A DNA stretch of 64,000 bases, from the NCBI GenBank assembly GCA_037130135.1, contig JBAXTO010000002.1:288695-352694 (forward strand), read 5' to 3'. Positions 1-10,500 of the stretch are shown here, in pieces. A model generated the notes under the pieces. It was not told the origin of the DNA. It searched no databases and worked only from the letters and a program-made list of their open reading frames with translations. The stretch comes from Bacteroidota bacterium. GTDB lineage: Bacteria > Bacteroidota > Bacteroidia > Chitinophagales > CAMDFR01. Position 1 is the stretch's first letter, and each line of letters begins with the position of its first letter. A program made the position numbers and the translations under genes.

Positions 1-1047
1 TGCCCAATCAAATGTATCTAGATTTTTTACTGATTCTCTCAATAAATCGATACTTCCTTTAATATCACTTTTATCGCACATTTCTATTACTTGGTGAATA
101 TTACGAGTAGGTATTGATACTGCACCAGCTATTGTACCATTCTTAGCCATACGTTGCATCCCTGCTGTATCAGTACCTCCAGCAGTTAATATTTCTAATT
201 GAAATTTTATTTTTTTCTTTGTAGCCACTTGTTTCATATACTCAACCATTCTATAATCGCATATCGCTGAAGAGTCCATTACTTTAATAGCCGTTCCTTT
301 CCCTAATTCTGTAATCATTTCATGCGCAGGGGCACCAGGGGTGTCGTTTGCAATGGTTGTATCTAATCCGAAACCGAAATCAGGATTGATATGATGTGCA
401 GCTACATGCGCACCTCTAATACCTACTTCTTCTTGAACTGTAAATACCCCATAAAAATCAAATGGAATTTTTTCTTTTTTTAATTCTTTCATCACTTCTA
501 CTAATATAAAAACAGAAACTCTATTATCTAGTGATTTTACATTTACATTATTACCCATTTCTATTAATTCTCTTTCGCGAGTAACAGCATCTCCAACTTT
601 AACAATTTTCTCTACTTCTTCTTTACTTAATCCTAAATCGATATAGTAATCTTTTGTTTGAGGTACTTTTGCTCTTTCTTCTGGAGTCATTACGTGAATA
701 GGTTTAGCCCCCATTACTCCAATAACATCTTTTTTACCATGTACAATTACTCTTTGTGCAGTAAGTGTTTTAGGATCAAAGCCGCCAATTGTATGGAAAC
801 GTAAAAATCCTTTTTCATCAATATGAGTAACCATAAATCCGATTTCATCCATATGTGCAGCAGCCATTACTCTTTTCTTAGCACTTTTGCCTTTTTTTAC
901 AGTGATTAAATTGCCCATATGGTCGGTATACATTTCATCTACATAACCTTTTAATTCTTTTTGTACAAAGGCTCTTACTTTATGTTCAAAACCTGAGGTG
1001 CCTGGAATACGACAGATATCAGCTAATAGCTTAACATTTATTGACAT
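1..1047 (-). CDS. M42 family metallopeptidase (glutamyl aminopeptidase / CelM-FrvX type); C-terminus runs off the left edge
   Basis: Not in the ORF track because there is no stop in the window. The reverse strand has an ATG at 1047..1045 and an open frame down to nt 1 (349 codons). Translation begins MSINVKLLADICRIPGTSGFEHKVRAFV and contains AAAHMDEIGF, typical of M42 peptidases. Confidence 0.8.
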   Translation of the reverse strand, partial: MSINVKLLADICRIPGTSGFEHKVRAFVQKELKGYVDEMYTDHMGNLITVKKGKSAKKRVMAAAHMDEIGFMVTHIDEKGFLRFHTIGGFDPKTLTAQRVIVHGKKDVIGVMGAKPIHVMTPEERAKVPQTKDYYIDLGLSKEEVEKIVKVGDAVTRERELIEMGNNVNVKSLDNRVSVFILVEVMKELKKEKIPFDFYGVFTVQEEVGIRGAHVAAHHINPDFGFGLDTTIANDTPGAPAHEMITELGKGTAIKVMDSSAICDYRMVEYMKQVATKKKIKFQLEILTAGGTDTAGMQRMAKNGTIAGAVSIPTRNIHQVIEMCDKSDIKGSIDLLRESVKNLDTFDWA

Positions 1048-1178
1048 GATAATAGAAATTTAAAAAATGATTAATGAGTGCAAATATACTAGTATAAATG
1101 ATGGATTTATAAATTTTATAGGGTTATATAAAAAAACTATGAATACTAGATGTTCAAATTATAAATTCAAAAAAAAAA

Positions 1179-1475
1179 TTATTTCATCGCTTTAGCACTT
1201 GCTTTCATTACATTGGCTATAGCCCCTAACCAATAATTTCTGAAGCCAAAACCTACAGCACTACCTTCAACTTTTACACACTTAATAATTTTTTTAGTGG
1301 CTATATCAAAAGTGGTAACATAAATAAATGCTTTCTCTTTCGTTTTATCAAAACTCTCTACTACAAATACAAGTCCTGTCCCAGTTTCTTTTGATTTATA
1401 ATCTTTAATAACTTTATCAATTGCCGCTCTTTCAAGAGTATAAGAATTATTTGTTACCAAAGTTGAAACATTCAC
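1179..1475 (-). CDS. hypothetical protein, probably the C-terminal part of a split gene (GTG start only)
   Basis: 98-aa ORF with no ATG start. Its frame stays open upstream into the preceding ORF (see finding). Confidence 0.4.
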   Translation of the reverse strand: MNVSTLVTNNSYTLERAAIDKVIKDYKSKETGTGLVFVVESFDKTKEKAFIYVTTFDIATKKIIKCVKVEGSAVGFGFRNYWLGAIANVMKASAKAMK

Positions 1476-1513
1476 AGTTTTATTTCTTCGCTCACAAATA
1501 CTTAAATCTCTAT

Positions 1514-1750
1514 TTACCGTTGTTTTTGAAAATATTTACCAATATTGTATTTATCACTTTCTGTTACAATCACATTATTCCATTCATTGAAATAATAATC
1601 TTTAATTTTTTGTACATCTGTAAAGCCCTCATAACCTATCAATCGGGCTTGTGTAAAATCTACACCAAACCATACTACAGCATCATTATTTTGTGCTACT
1701 GAAATGAATGATGCACTAAGAATACATATAAACAATATTATTTTTTTCAT
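1514..1750 (-). CDS. hypothetical secreted protein, probably the N-terminal part of a split gene
   Basis: The 78-aa ORF starts with a classic signal peptide, MKKIILFICILSASFISVAQ. Confidence 0.45.
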   Translation of the reverse strand: MKKIILFICILSASFISVAQNNDAVVWFGVDFTQARLIGYEGFTDVQKIKDYYFNEWNNVIVTESDKYNIGKYFQKQR

Positions 1751-1816
1751 TGTGATTAGAAATTTGATTCATTCAAATGTAAATAATTATTTATAGTATC
1801 TATAATTATAACCTAA

Positions 1817-2782
1817 TTATTTTTCTTTTAACCATACTTCTATTTCGTCCATATTTAGTAGATAATATTTTTCACACAATTTCACTGCTTTTGAATTATC
1901 TACCATATAAATTTTAGGGAAAGAGGCATCGGTGTCTTTCATCAATATTTTATTGCTTGTAAAATAATAATCTATGTTTTTAAACTTCGACTCTTTTTTA
2001 AAGTTTGCAACTAATCCTTTATTTCCAACTAGAATAAAATGAATAGGCAGCTTTGGATTTTTTTCTTTGAATAAACTTAATTTTTGTGCCGCAATTTTAC
2101 AATGTACACAATACATACTTAGATATGCTATTATCTGTTTATTATTTTTGAGCTCAAGCGATTGACTACTTATTATTGAATCTTCATTATAGAGTGAATC
2201 AAGCGTTAAATTATGTGGTATCTTTTCTGGTATAAATCCTTTTTCATTAATGGCCATTGGATTTAATACAAATGGAATACTGAAAGATAAAACTGAAAAA
2301 ATGCTTACTAATACAACATAATATTTAAAAGAAAAAACCGTATATGATTGTAAAAAATAAGCAAGTAAAATAACTATAATGATAATGATATTTTTAACAA
2401 TCCCTTGTAAAGGTGTCATTGTTATTTGCACTCCAAAACAGCCGCAATTTCCTGTATTTCCATATTTTTGAATACTGAGTAGTAAATAGAAAATAAAAAA
2501 CACCAACGTAAATAAGGCAATAGGATAAGTTATTTTTTTAAGTTTAAACTGACTAATGAATAAGACACCTAAAACAAATTCAAAAGAAATTAATAATCTT
2601 GCTAATAAGGGTGCAATATTCCATGAAATAAAACCAATATCTACTAGATTATTTTCTAATATCTCTATTAAATAAATTTTAGAATAGGCTGAGTAAAGAA
2701 ATAAAACACCAAGAAGTAAATGGATAATGAATACTGTTATTTTTTTCAGTTGTATAATTTTAACTGGGCTCATTTTAAGCAT
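1817..2782 (-). CDS. MauE/DoxX-family membrane protein fused to a thioredoxin-like (TlpA-type) domain
   Basis: The N-terminal half is multi-TM and carries a GNCGCFG motif. The C-terminal half carries YCVHCK (a CxxC motif in a thioredoxin-like context). Its start overlaps the upstream gene's stop by 1 nt (TAATG). Confidence 0.6.
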   Translation of the reverse strand: MLKMSPVKIIQLKKITVFIIHLLLGVLFLYSAYSKIYLIEILENNLVDIGFISWNIAPLLARLLISFEFVLGVLFISQFKLKKITYPIALFTLVFFIFYLLLSIQKYGNTGNCGCFGVQITMTPLQGIVKNIIIIIVILLAYFLQSYTVFSFKYYVVLVSIFSVLSFSIPFVLNPMAINEKGFIPEKIPHNLTLDSLYNEDSIISSQSLELKNNKQIIAYLSMYCVHCKIAAQKLSLFKEKNPKLPIHFILVGNKGLVANFKKESKFKNIDYYFTSNKILMKDTDASFPKIYMVDNSKAVKLCEKYYLLNMDEIEVWLKEK

Positions 2783-3792
2783 TACTTAACACCATCTTTG
2801 CCCGTTTCATCATGCTGTCTTCCTAGTTGTTGACCTTTTTGCTGATACAGTTTTTCTTCGTTTTCCTGCTCTTTTTTCTCATCAGCAGATAATGGCTTAT
2901 CTTCCAGTTTGCTTAAATCTGGTTGACCTGCATTTACCCAACAAGTAAACCATATAGAACCTACGTCTAAAATGGAGGCCCGCATTCTTCGTTCAACCAA
3001 ATCACCCATCATCAAATCATAAGCTTTAGTAAACTCTTCACTATATACTTTTACTATAGTTTCTCCACGTTGTTCATAGCTATAAATCCGATCGCTTGGA
3101 AACGTTTCTTTTAATTTTTTATCAAAAGATAAAACCGTATCTAATGCTTGATGACTTTGTAAAACAATACTCCATATCCAATCATTCGGATTTTTTACTA
3201 CACTAGCCTTTCCAACAAAATAATCATAATCTTCACCTAATAACTCTGGCACTCTACTTTCCCAAAAACCATGTATGCCAACTTGATTAGTCATTTGTCC
3301 ATTATAATTTTCACTAGTATGTAATGGCACATGTGCATCAGCTGTATAATGACCAATATCAGCTGCATATTTCAAAATTTTATTTTTATCTTTTTCTTTA
3401 AATGCATTTGTCAATCGGGTCATCATAATTTGAATATACCAAGGGACAATTCCATATGCATTGAGTGTATCTTCGCTATATTTAGCTTTAGCATCATTCC
3501 ATTTTTTGGGGAAATCTTTACAAGGATATACACAATAATGATCTAAATCGATATAATGACGAGGCGCTTCTTCTTTAATTGCATATCTTCTTTTGTCAGG
3601 ATCTACCGCATGATCTGTAAGAAACTCAATATTCGCTTTAAACAAAGGCATCATTTCAGGTGGTAATGTAAATACGGCCAATCTATTAATTCGCTTATGT
3701 GCCCAAAAACCCCAGGCAAATGCTTGATGCACACCTACTACCTGCAACATAATAAAGAGTATTATGAATTGATATTTTTTATTCATCTTCAT
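2782..3792 (-). CDS. zinc-dependent phospholipase C / S1-P1 nuclease-fold family protein (secreted)
   Basis: Signal peptide followed by AWGFWAHKRINRLA, and His/Asp-rich segments (HYIDLDH, HYTADAHVPLH). The start is probably MKMNKKY (3792) or MNKKY (3786) rather than the 3828 ORF start, which would overlap the upstream gene by 50 nt. Confidence 0.55.
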   Translation of the reverse strand: MKMNKKYQFIILFIMLQVVGVHQAFAWGFWAHKRINRLAVFTLPPEMMPLFKANIEFLTDHAVDPDKRRYAIKEEAPRHYIDLDHYCVYPCKDFPKKWNDAKAKYSEDTLNAYGIVPWYIQIMMTRLTNAFKEKDKNKILKYAADIGHYTADAHVPLHTSENYNGQMTNQVGIHGFWESRVPELLGEDYDYFVGKASVVKNPNDWIWSIVLQSHQALDTVLSFDKKLKETFPSDRIYSYEQRGETIVKVYSEEFTKAYDLMMGDLVERRMRASILDVGSIWFTCWVNAGQPDLSKLEDKPLSADEKKEQENEEKLYQQKGQQLGRQHDETGKDGVK

Positions 3793-4372
3793 TGTTAGGT
3801 TTAATATCAATATGTGTAACTCCTCCACTTACAATAAATTTCATTGCTTCACTAGAATTAATATTGATAGGCTTTATAAGCTCTTTTTCTACTAAATATA
3901 AATCACCAGCTATTGAATACGATATAGGTAAGTAAACAGCAATTAAATCTTTTTCAGCTATCAAATCCATACTTTTTTGAGTAATAAAACCTAATTTATA
4001 AATCCCATTATGTTTATCCATTTGAACTAATACAGGTTTATTGAATTTTTTCTTTTCACCCATAAAGGCATTCGATAAATCTTTGATAGACGTATATATC
4101 ATTCGTATTAATGAATTTCTTAGAATAATATTCTCTATCCCTTTAAATATTCCTCTGAAAATTATTGTTGAACTTAAAAATCCTAAAAAGGTTATTGTTA
4201 TTAATATTAATAAAAATCCCAAGCCTTTATAATATCTTCCAAAAATGATATTTATAATTTCATTGGCTGGATCATCTACCATGTTAAAAGCCTTGGTAAT
4301 TATAAATACTGTAAAAATAAAAGGCGAAAATACTAATAGACCTTGTACGAAATATGTGACTAATTTTTTCAT
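3779..4372 (-). CDS. DUF502 family membrane protein
   Basis: 197 aa with two N-terminal TM helices. Size and layout fit DUF502. Confidence 0.5.
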   Translation of the reverse strand: MKKLVTYFVQGLLVFSPFIFTVFIITKAFNMVDDPANEIINIIFGRYYKGLGFLLILITITFLGFLSSTIIFRGIFKGIENIILRNSLIRMIYTSIKDLSNAFMGEKKKFNKPVLVQMDKHNGIYKLGFITQKSMDLIAEKDLIAVYLPISYSIAGDLYLVEKELIKPININSSEAMKFIVSGGVTHIDIKPNNEDE

Positions 4373-4414
4373 TGCACTTCAAAGTTATTACTTTTACCAC
4401 TTAGTTAATTTATT

Positions 4415-5551
4415 TTGAAAAAGATTTTTTTACTTATCGTCGTTGTTTTAGCCTTTTTATATTCTAAAGGTTCTAATAAATTCTATTTACAACCTCCTAG
4501 GCAGGCAAAGTATGGTTTTGAAACCACTTATTATTTTGGTAAGATCATAAAACATAATAGCAGAGTAACTACACCCATTCATCAGTTCTCTAATGCCTAT
4601 GAAATTGGAATTAATTTCTATAATTTTGGTGAAAAGCCATGGCAAAGACAACGTAAATACCCAAGCGTAGGAGTATCATTTATCCACGCCATTTATGGAG
4701 ATAGACAATATTTTGGTCATTCTTTTTCATTACTTCCATATATAAATTTATGGCTATTTAGAACTAAACATGTCGATGGTTTTTTTAGAATGGGCTTTGG
4801 TATTGGATTCTTAACTAAACACAATAATCCTGTCGACAATCCTTTAAATGTTATGACTGGCTCTGTTATTAACAACATCACTCAATTTAAAATGGGATTT
4901 AACTGGAAAATAAACGATCATATATATCTTACAACAGGTGCTTCATTAACACACTGGTCGAATGCAAAATTTCAAAATCCAAACTTAGGGATCAACTTAA
5001 TTGCTGGTTCTATTGGTCTTCATATCTTTCCTTGGATTAGCGATTACTCCTACAACTTAAACAAACCTGGGAAACCAAGAAAACGCAATGAAGGTCTTAT
5101 AAAATTTAGTATGGGATTTAATGAAATGGGCAAAGTAGCTGGTGGACCTAAGTTTCCAAAGTATATTGGTACCATCGGTTATAATAGATATACAGGCTCC
5201 GTTAATAAAATTATGATGGGTGTAAACATTGCATACGATCCAATGTTATATCAACAATTTAAATATTCAGAAATTTATAAAGGTACTAATCAACGATGGA
5301 AAGCTACTAATATGAGTGTATATATTGGAGATGAACTGATGTTTGGTAAACTTGGATTATTTGCTTTAGTGGGTTATTATGTTTACTATGTGGAACCTAA
5401 ACCAAAATCGTATTATTTTAAATTTGGTGCAAATTATTATTATTATGCTTTTGGCAAAAACAAAGAGCAAAAAATGTTTGTAAGTGTTAATTTAAAAACA
5501 CATAACGCTATAGCTGAAATGCTTGAATTTGGAACGGGTATTACCTTTTAA
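4415..5551 (+). CDS. outer-membrane beta-barrel protein, acyloxyacyl hydrolase (PagL-like) family candidate
   Basis: TTG start and a signal peptide. Alternating aromatic/Gly-rich beta-strand pattern ending in a C-terminal F. Confidence 0.4.
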   Translation: MKKIFLLIVVVLAFLYSKGSNKFYLQPPRQAKYGFETTYYFGKIIKHNSRVTTPIHQFSNAYEIGINFYNFGEKPWQRQRKYPSVGVSFIHAIYGDRQYFGHSFSLLPYINLWLFRTKHVDGFFRMGFGIGFLTKHNNPVDNPLNVMTGSVINNITQFKMGFNWKINDHIYLTTGASLTHWSNAKFQNPNLGINLIAGSIGLHIFPWISDYSYNLNKPGKPRKRNEGLIKFSMGFNEMGKVAGGPKFPKYIGTIGYNRYTGSVNKIMMGVNIAYDPMLYQQFKYSEIYKGTNQRWKATNMSVYIGDELMFGKLGLFALVGYYVYYVEPKPKSYYFKFGANYYYYAFGKNKEQKMFVSVNLKTHNAIAEMLEFGTGITF

Positions 5552-6522
5552 ATTTCTCTACTTATTGTATAGTCTATTAATAATCTTAATGAGTTAGAAG
5601 CTTCATTAGATTCAAACGTGTCTAAAATTTTTAGAGCTTCTTCTTTATAGTCATTCATCTTTTGAATCGTGTATTCGATACCTCCATATTGCTTTACATA
5701 AGCAATTACTTCACGTACTTTATCTTTATCCTCATTTTCGTTTTTAACGATATTAATGATTTTCTTTTTAATGTTTGACTCACATTTATTTAATGTATAA
5801 ATGAGAGGTAATGTCATCTTACGTTCTTTAATATCTATCCCTCTTGGTTTACCAATTTCTACATCTCCATAATCAAATAAATCATCCTTAATTTGAAATG
5901 CCATTCCAATTTTTTCTCCAAGCAGTTTTGCTTGCTGAATAACTTTTTCATCATTTGTAGATGACGCTGCACCACATGCACAAGCACTTGAAATTAATGA
6001 AGCTGTTTTCTGACGAATAATTTCATAATATACTTCTTCTTTAATATCTAATCTTCTTGCTTTTTCAATTTGTAACAACTCCCCTTCACTCATATCTTTT
6101 ACAGCATTTGAAACGATCTGAAGCATACTGAATCGTCCGTTTTCAACGGATAATAATAAGCCTTTTGATAATAAATAATCTCCTACTAAAACAGCGATTT
6201 TGTTTTTCCAAACAGCATTAATACTTAAAAATCCTCTGCGTTGATATGATTCATCTACTACATCGTCGTGTACTAAAGTAGCAGTATGTAATAACTCTAC
6301 TAACGAAGCTGCATCATAGGTGGCTTGTGTTACATCACCGCAAAGTCTTGCTGTTAGAAATACAAACATAGGTCTGATTTGCTTGCCTTTTCGCTGTACG
6401 ATATAGTTCATTATTGTATCTAATAATACAACATTACTTTTCATACTCTCCTTGAGCTTATCTTCAAAAGAATTTAATTCTTTTAATATAGGTTTTTTGA
6501 TTTCATCAAGAATTTTTGACAT
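5548..6522 (-). CDS. polyprenyl diphosphate synthase (octaprenyl/IspB-like)
   Basis: Both aspartate-rich motifs are present: LVHDDVVDES and FQIKDDLFDYG. Confidence 0.85.
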   Translation of the reverse strand: MSKILDEIKKPILKELNSFEDKLKESMKSNVVLLDTIMNYIVQRKGKQIRPMFVFLTARLCGDVTQATYDAASLVELLHTATLVHDDVVDESYQRRGFLSINAVWKNKIAVLVGDYLLSKGLLLSVENGRFSMLQIVSNAVKDMSEGELLQIEKARRLDIKEEVYYEIIRQKTASLISSACACGAASSTNDEKVIQQAKLLGEKIGMAFQIKDDLFDYGDVEIGKPRGIDIKERKMTLPLIYTLNKCESNIKKKIINIVKNENEDKDKVREVIAYVKQYGGIEYTIQKMNDYKEEALKILDTFESNEASNSLRLLIDYTISREI

Positions 6523-6559
6523 ATATTTATGTGTATATAATATTCAAAGGTATCTATTT

Positions 6560-7420
6560 ATGGAAGAATATAAGGAAGAATTTATTATTAATAATAGTAA
6601 TGGCAAACCTATTTTATGTGACATTAGATTTCCTAAACATTATTCAACAACTACTGAAAAAATTCCAATAATCATTTTTTCACATGGATTTAAAGGGTTC
6701 AAAGATTTTGGATGTTTCAATTTAATAGCATCAGAAATTGCTAAAACTGGGTATGTCTTTTTAAAATTTAATTTTTCGATGAATGGAACTACTCCTGATT
6801 ATCCGGATACTTTTTTTGATTTAGAGGCTTTTGCTGAAAATACATTTTCTCAAGAATTAAATGATTTAGGCGATGTCATTGATTTTGTCAATTCATCTAC
6901 ATGTATCGAAAAATACCCAATTGATAATAAAGAAATATATTTAATGGGACATAGTATGGGAGGTGGCATTTCAATATTGAAAGCAAATGAAGATGCTAGA
7001 ATAAAAAAAATAATTACACTCGCTTCTATTTTTGAATTTGGAAAATTTTGGAATACCGAAATGTTAAATAAATGGGAAAAAGAAGGAATTAGGTACGAAT
7101 TTAACTCGCGTACCAAACAAGATATGCCTTTAAAATATATCATCTATGAAGACTTTATAACACATATCGATAGATTAAATATCCCTAATGCTGTAAAAAA
7201 CATACATATTCCTTTCTGTTTAATACATGGAGATAAGGATGAAACTGTACCCGTTTTAGTAGTAGATGCCTTTAAAAAAGTGAATCAACATATTGATATT
7301 CATATAATTAAAGATGCCAATCATACTTTCGGCATGACACAACCTTGGAATGAAAATGTTTTACCTATCGCCTGTAGTGAACTTGTTGCTAAAATTCTTG
7401 TTTTTATAGCATCTAATTAA
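6560..7420 (+). CDS. alpha/beta hydrolase
   Basis: GHSMGG nucleophile elbow and a C-terminal HGDKDE..H motif. The ATG at 6560 (MEEYKEEF) is preferred because the longer ORF start at 6452 overlaps the divergent polyprenyl synthase gene. Confidence 0.7.
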   Translation: MEEYKEEFIINNSNGKPILCDIRFPKHYSTTTEKIPIIIFSHGFKGFKDFGCFNLIASEIAKTGYVFLKFNFSMNGTTPDYPDTFFDLEAFAENTFSQELNDLGDVIDFVNSSTCIEKYPIDNKEIYLMGHSMGGGISILKANEDARIKKIITLASIFEFGKFWNTEMLNKWEKEGIRYEFNSRTKQDMPLKYIIYEDFITHIDRLNIPNAVKNIHIPFCLIHGDKDETVPVLVVDAFKKVNQHIDIHIIKDANHTFGMTQPWNENVLPIACSELVAKILVFIASN

Positions 7421-7528
7421 ATGTTACTAATTGGTTGAAAAATTTGCAATTATCAACAAATCATAGTACCTTAACATGTTAAAACTAAATTATATAGATT
7501 ACAATTTTACATTTATAAAGCCATAGTC

Positions 7529-10500
7529 ATGCGTAAAAGTTATTTTTTATTACTTTTTGTAATATGTTATCAATTAACATATGCTCAAATTGTAGGTACC
7601 AATGTGTATTTACAAGGAACCAAAACAGAAGTTGGTATTTCTAATTGCGGATCTTTTGGAACCGCTATACCACCGGCTGTTCCCGTCGGATATCATAATA
7701 ATGTTACTAGTAGAGGTCTAGGATTCGTTGCTGATGCTGGTAGAAATGGATGGACCACTGCAGGCCCAGGAACACTTCCTAATTATTGTGGTGATTACTT
7801 CCTACCTGGATCACCAGTAGAAGGATTTGGAGTTCAAATTGGTACTACTAATTTTAGAAATTTTAATAACTCTGGTATATGTGACTTCAATCAAATGCCA
7901 GGTTCAATTCTTTGTTATCAAAATACTCCACAACGTAAAAGTGCAACTTGGAGATCAACGGGTCTTGTTAGTGGTGCTATACGAGTATCTGCAACTACTT
8001 ATGTACCTGATACTGCATTGTTTTTCGTAACTCAAGTTCAACTGTGTAATGAGTCTGGTACAACTCAACGAAATGTTTACTACTTAAGACACTTAGATCC
8101 TGACAATGATCAACCTTGGACTGGTGGTAGCTTTACTACAGATAATACTGTTGTATCACAAGGAAGTTCTACTACTCCAGCTCTTGTAACTGCAAGATCT
8201 GTCTTACAATGTTATTTAGGACTTGGTTCAGAAAGTCCAAATGCTAAAGTGTCTGTCGGTGGTTTTGCCCCACCATTATTGAGCTCAGATGTATACAATG
8301 GTGTTTCGCCCTATACAACTACTGTAGGTTATAACAGCAGAGCTGATGAAGCAATCTCATTATGTTTTAAATTCGATTCCATTAGACCAGGGGAGTGTAT
8401 TTGTTTTGGTTATGCTCACGTGCTTAATCCTTCAGATTTAAATAGAGCCTTAGCGCTTACTTCTTCTGCAATATCTTTCTATTCTGATTCAACTGATATC
8501 TCCGATTCATTAAAAATTAACTTATGTTATGGTGATTCTTCCAAAGTTAAAGCACTTAGTAATTGTGCATCGAGTTATATATGGAATTGGGTAGCAGATC
8601 CTCCTGGCAGTATCGTAGGTTCAACTAGTTACGATTCTGTTCGTATTGCTCCGCAAGTCAATACCATATATACCGCATTAGGTTCTGGAACATGTGGAGT
8701 TGATACGTATCGTGTAATAGTAACAGTAGATACTTTGCTTAAAAACTCAAGAATTACTCCTATAGATTCGGCCATATGTATGGGGGCCACTTCTACCATT
8801 ACCGCCATAGGTGGCACCTCCTATAGTTGGAGTCCCGGTGGTGCAACAACTAGTAGTGTAAGTGTTACTCCTCTCTCTACAACAACTTATACAGTTACCA
8901 TTACTTCACCATTTCGGTGCAGAAGAATTTTTTCTACCAGGGTATTGGTTGATACCATAAGGGCCAATGCAGGAATAGATGATTCCTTATGTCCTGGCAG
9001 GTCAATCACACTTGGTGGAGCGCCAACTACTACAGGTATAGGGTTTCCTACAACTTGGACAGGCTATCCTCCAACAGCAAGCGCCTATTTATCATCAACT
9101 ACTGCATCAAATCCAACGCTTACAATTCCTTCAGTTGGAGCATCTGGTAGTATTGGCTACTTAGTTACTAGTACACGATATGGTTGTATTGCAAGAGACA
9201 GTGTTAGTATACGAATACTAACTGCTCCTCCTATTGATTTTACTGGCCTTGATTCAATCTATTGTATTTCAAGTGCTGCAGAATTATTAACCGGTACTCC
9301 TGCTGGTGGTGTTTTCTCAGGGTCTGGTATGATTGGCAGTAATTTCACTCCTCTCATTGCAGGAGTTGGTGGACCAAAAAAAATATTATATACCTATACA
9401 TTTCCTAATGGATGTATTGGAAAAGATAGTGCTTTTACATACGTAGATAGTCTTCCTAAAGTTAGATTTACCGGACTAGCATCTTCCTATTGTGTATACG
9501 ATTCAGCAGTTATATTAAGACCCACACCAAGTGGAGGAATTTTTTCAGGTACAGGTATCATTGGCAATACCTTCAATCCTAGTATTGCAGGGCCAGGAAC
9601 CTTCAATATTAGATATGCCTACACAAACCCTGTAAGTTTATGTTATGATGATACAATTATCAGTGTTACAGTATATGCTAGACCGGTAGTTGATATTATT
9701 GGATTGGATAGCTTATATTGTCAATACGAATCTCCCGACACATTAGTTGGAAGTCCTTCAGGTGGTGTTTTTTCAGGAACAGGTATCATAGGATCTGTTT
9801 TTTATCCAAACTTAGCTGGTACTTCAACTATCATTCAAATTATATACACTTACACAAATCCTACTACAGGCTGTGTTAACCGAGATACTGGGTATACTAC
9901 TGTTTCTAATAGACCTACAACAGGTATTGTTGGACTAAGTTCAAATTATTGTATTTATGATCCAATCGACACCTTAATTGGTTCTCCTGCTGGTGGTACA
10001 TTTAGTGGTCCAGGCATTACAAGTAATAGATTCAATCCAGCTGCTGCTGGTGTTGGTGGACCCTATAGAATAATTTATTATTATATTAATCCAGTTACTG
10101 GATGTAGTAATGCCGATACACAACTTATTTATGTGAGACCTAGACCTATAGTTAATTTTACAGGATTAGCTAGTCAATATTGTTTTTACGATTCTACTGC
10201 TTTACTTACCGGCACTCCTAATGGAGGCACATTCAGTGGAACTGGTATTATTCCTACTAATAGATTTTCTCCATCTACGGCAGGAGTAAGTTCTTCTATA
10301 AATATATATTATACTTATACAGATACTTTTGGTTGTATCAATTACGATACAAATACAACTAGAGTAAATGCTCGACCAATCATAAGTTTTTCAGGTTTAG
10401 CAACTCAATATTGTTATTATGCACCAAGTGTTACTTTAACCGGTAGCCCTGCTGGAGGTACATTTAGCGGTACAGGAATCACTGGTACTACATTTAATCC

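Noticed and set aside
1421-1702. 93-aa plus-strand ORF overlapping both small minus-strand ORFs.
   Set aside because: The hydrophobic, Phe/Ile/Tyr-rich translation is typical of an antisense frame. The minus-strand ORF carries a proper signal peptide.
5548-5551. TTAA palindrome that supplies the stop codons of two convergent genes; a similar 4-nt convergent overlap occurs at 14562-14565.
   Set aside because: This is a curiosity of compact genomes. No terminator or regulatory structure is attached, so I see no functional implication.
6452-6559. 36-codon N-terminal extension of the alpha/beta hydrolase ORF.
   Set aside because: The extension overlaps the divergent polyprenyl synthase CDS and reads as low-complexity sequence. 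The internal ATG at 6560 gives a sensible N-terminus.
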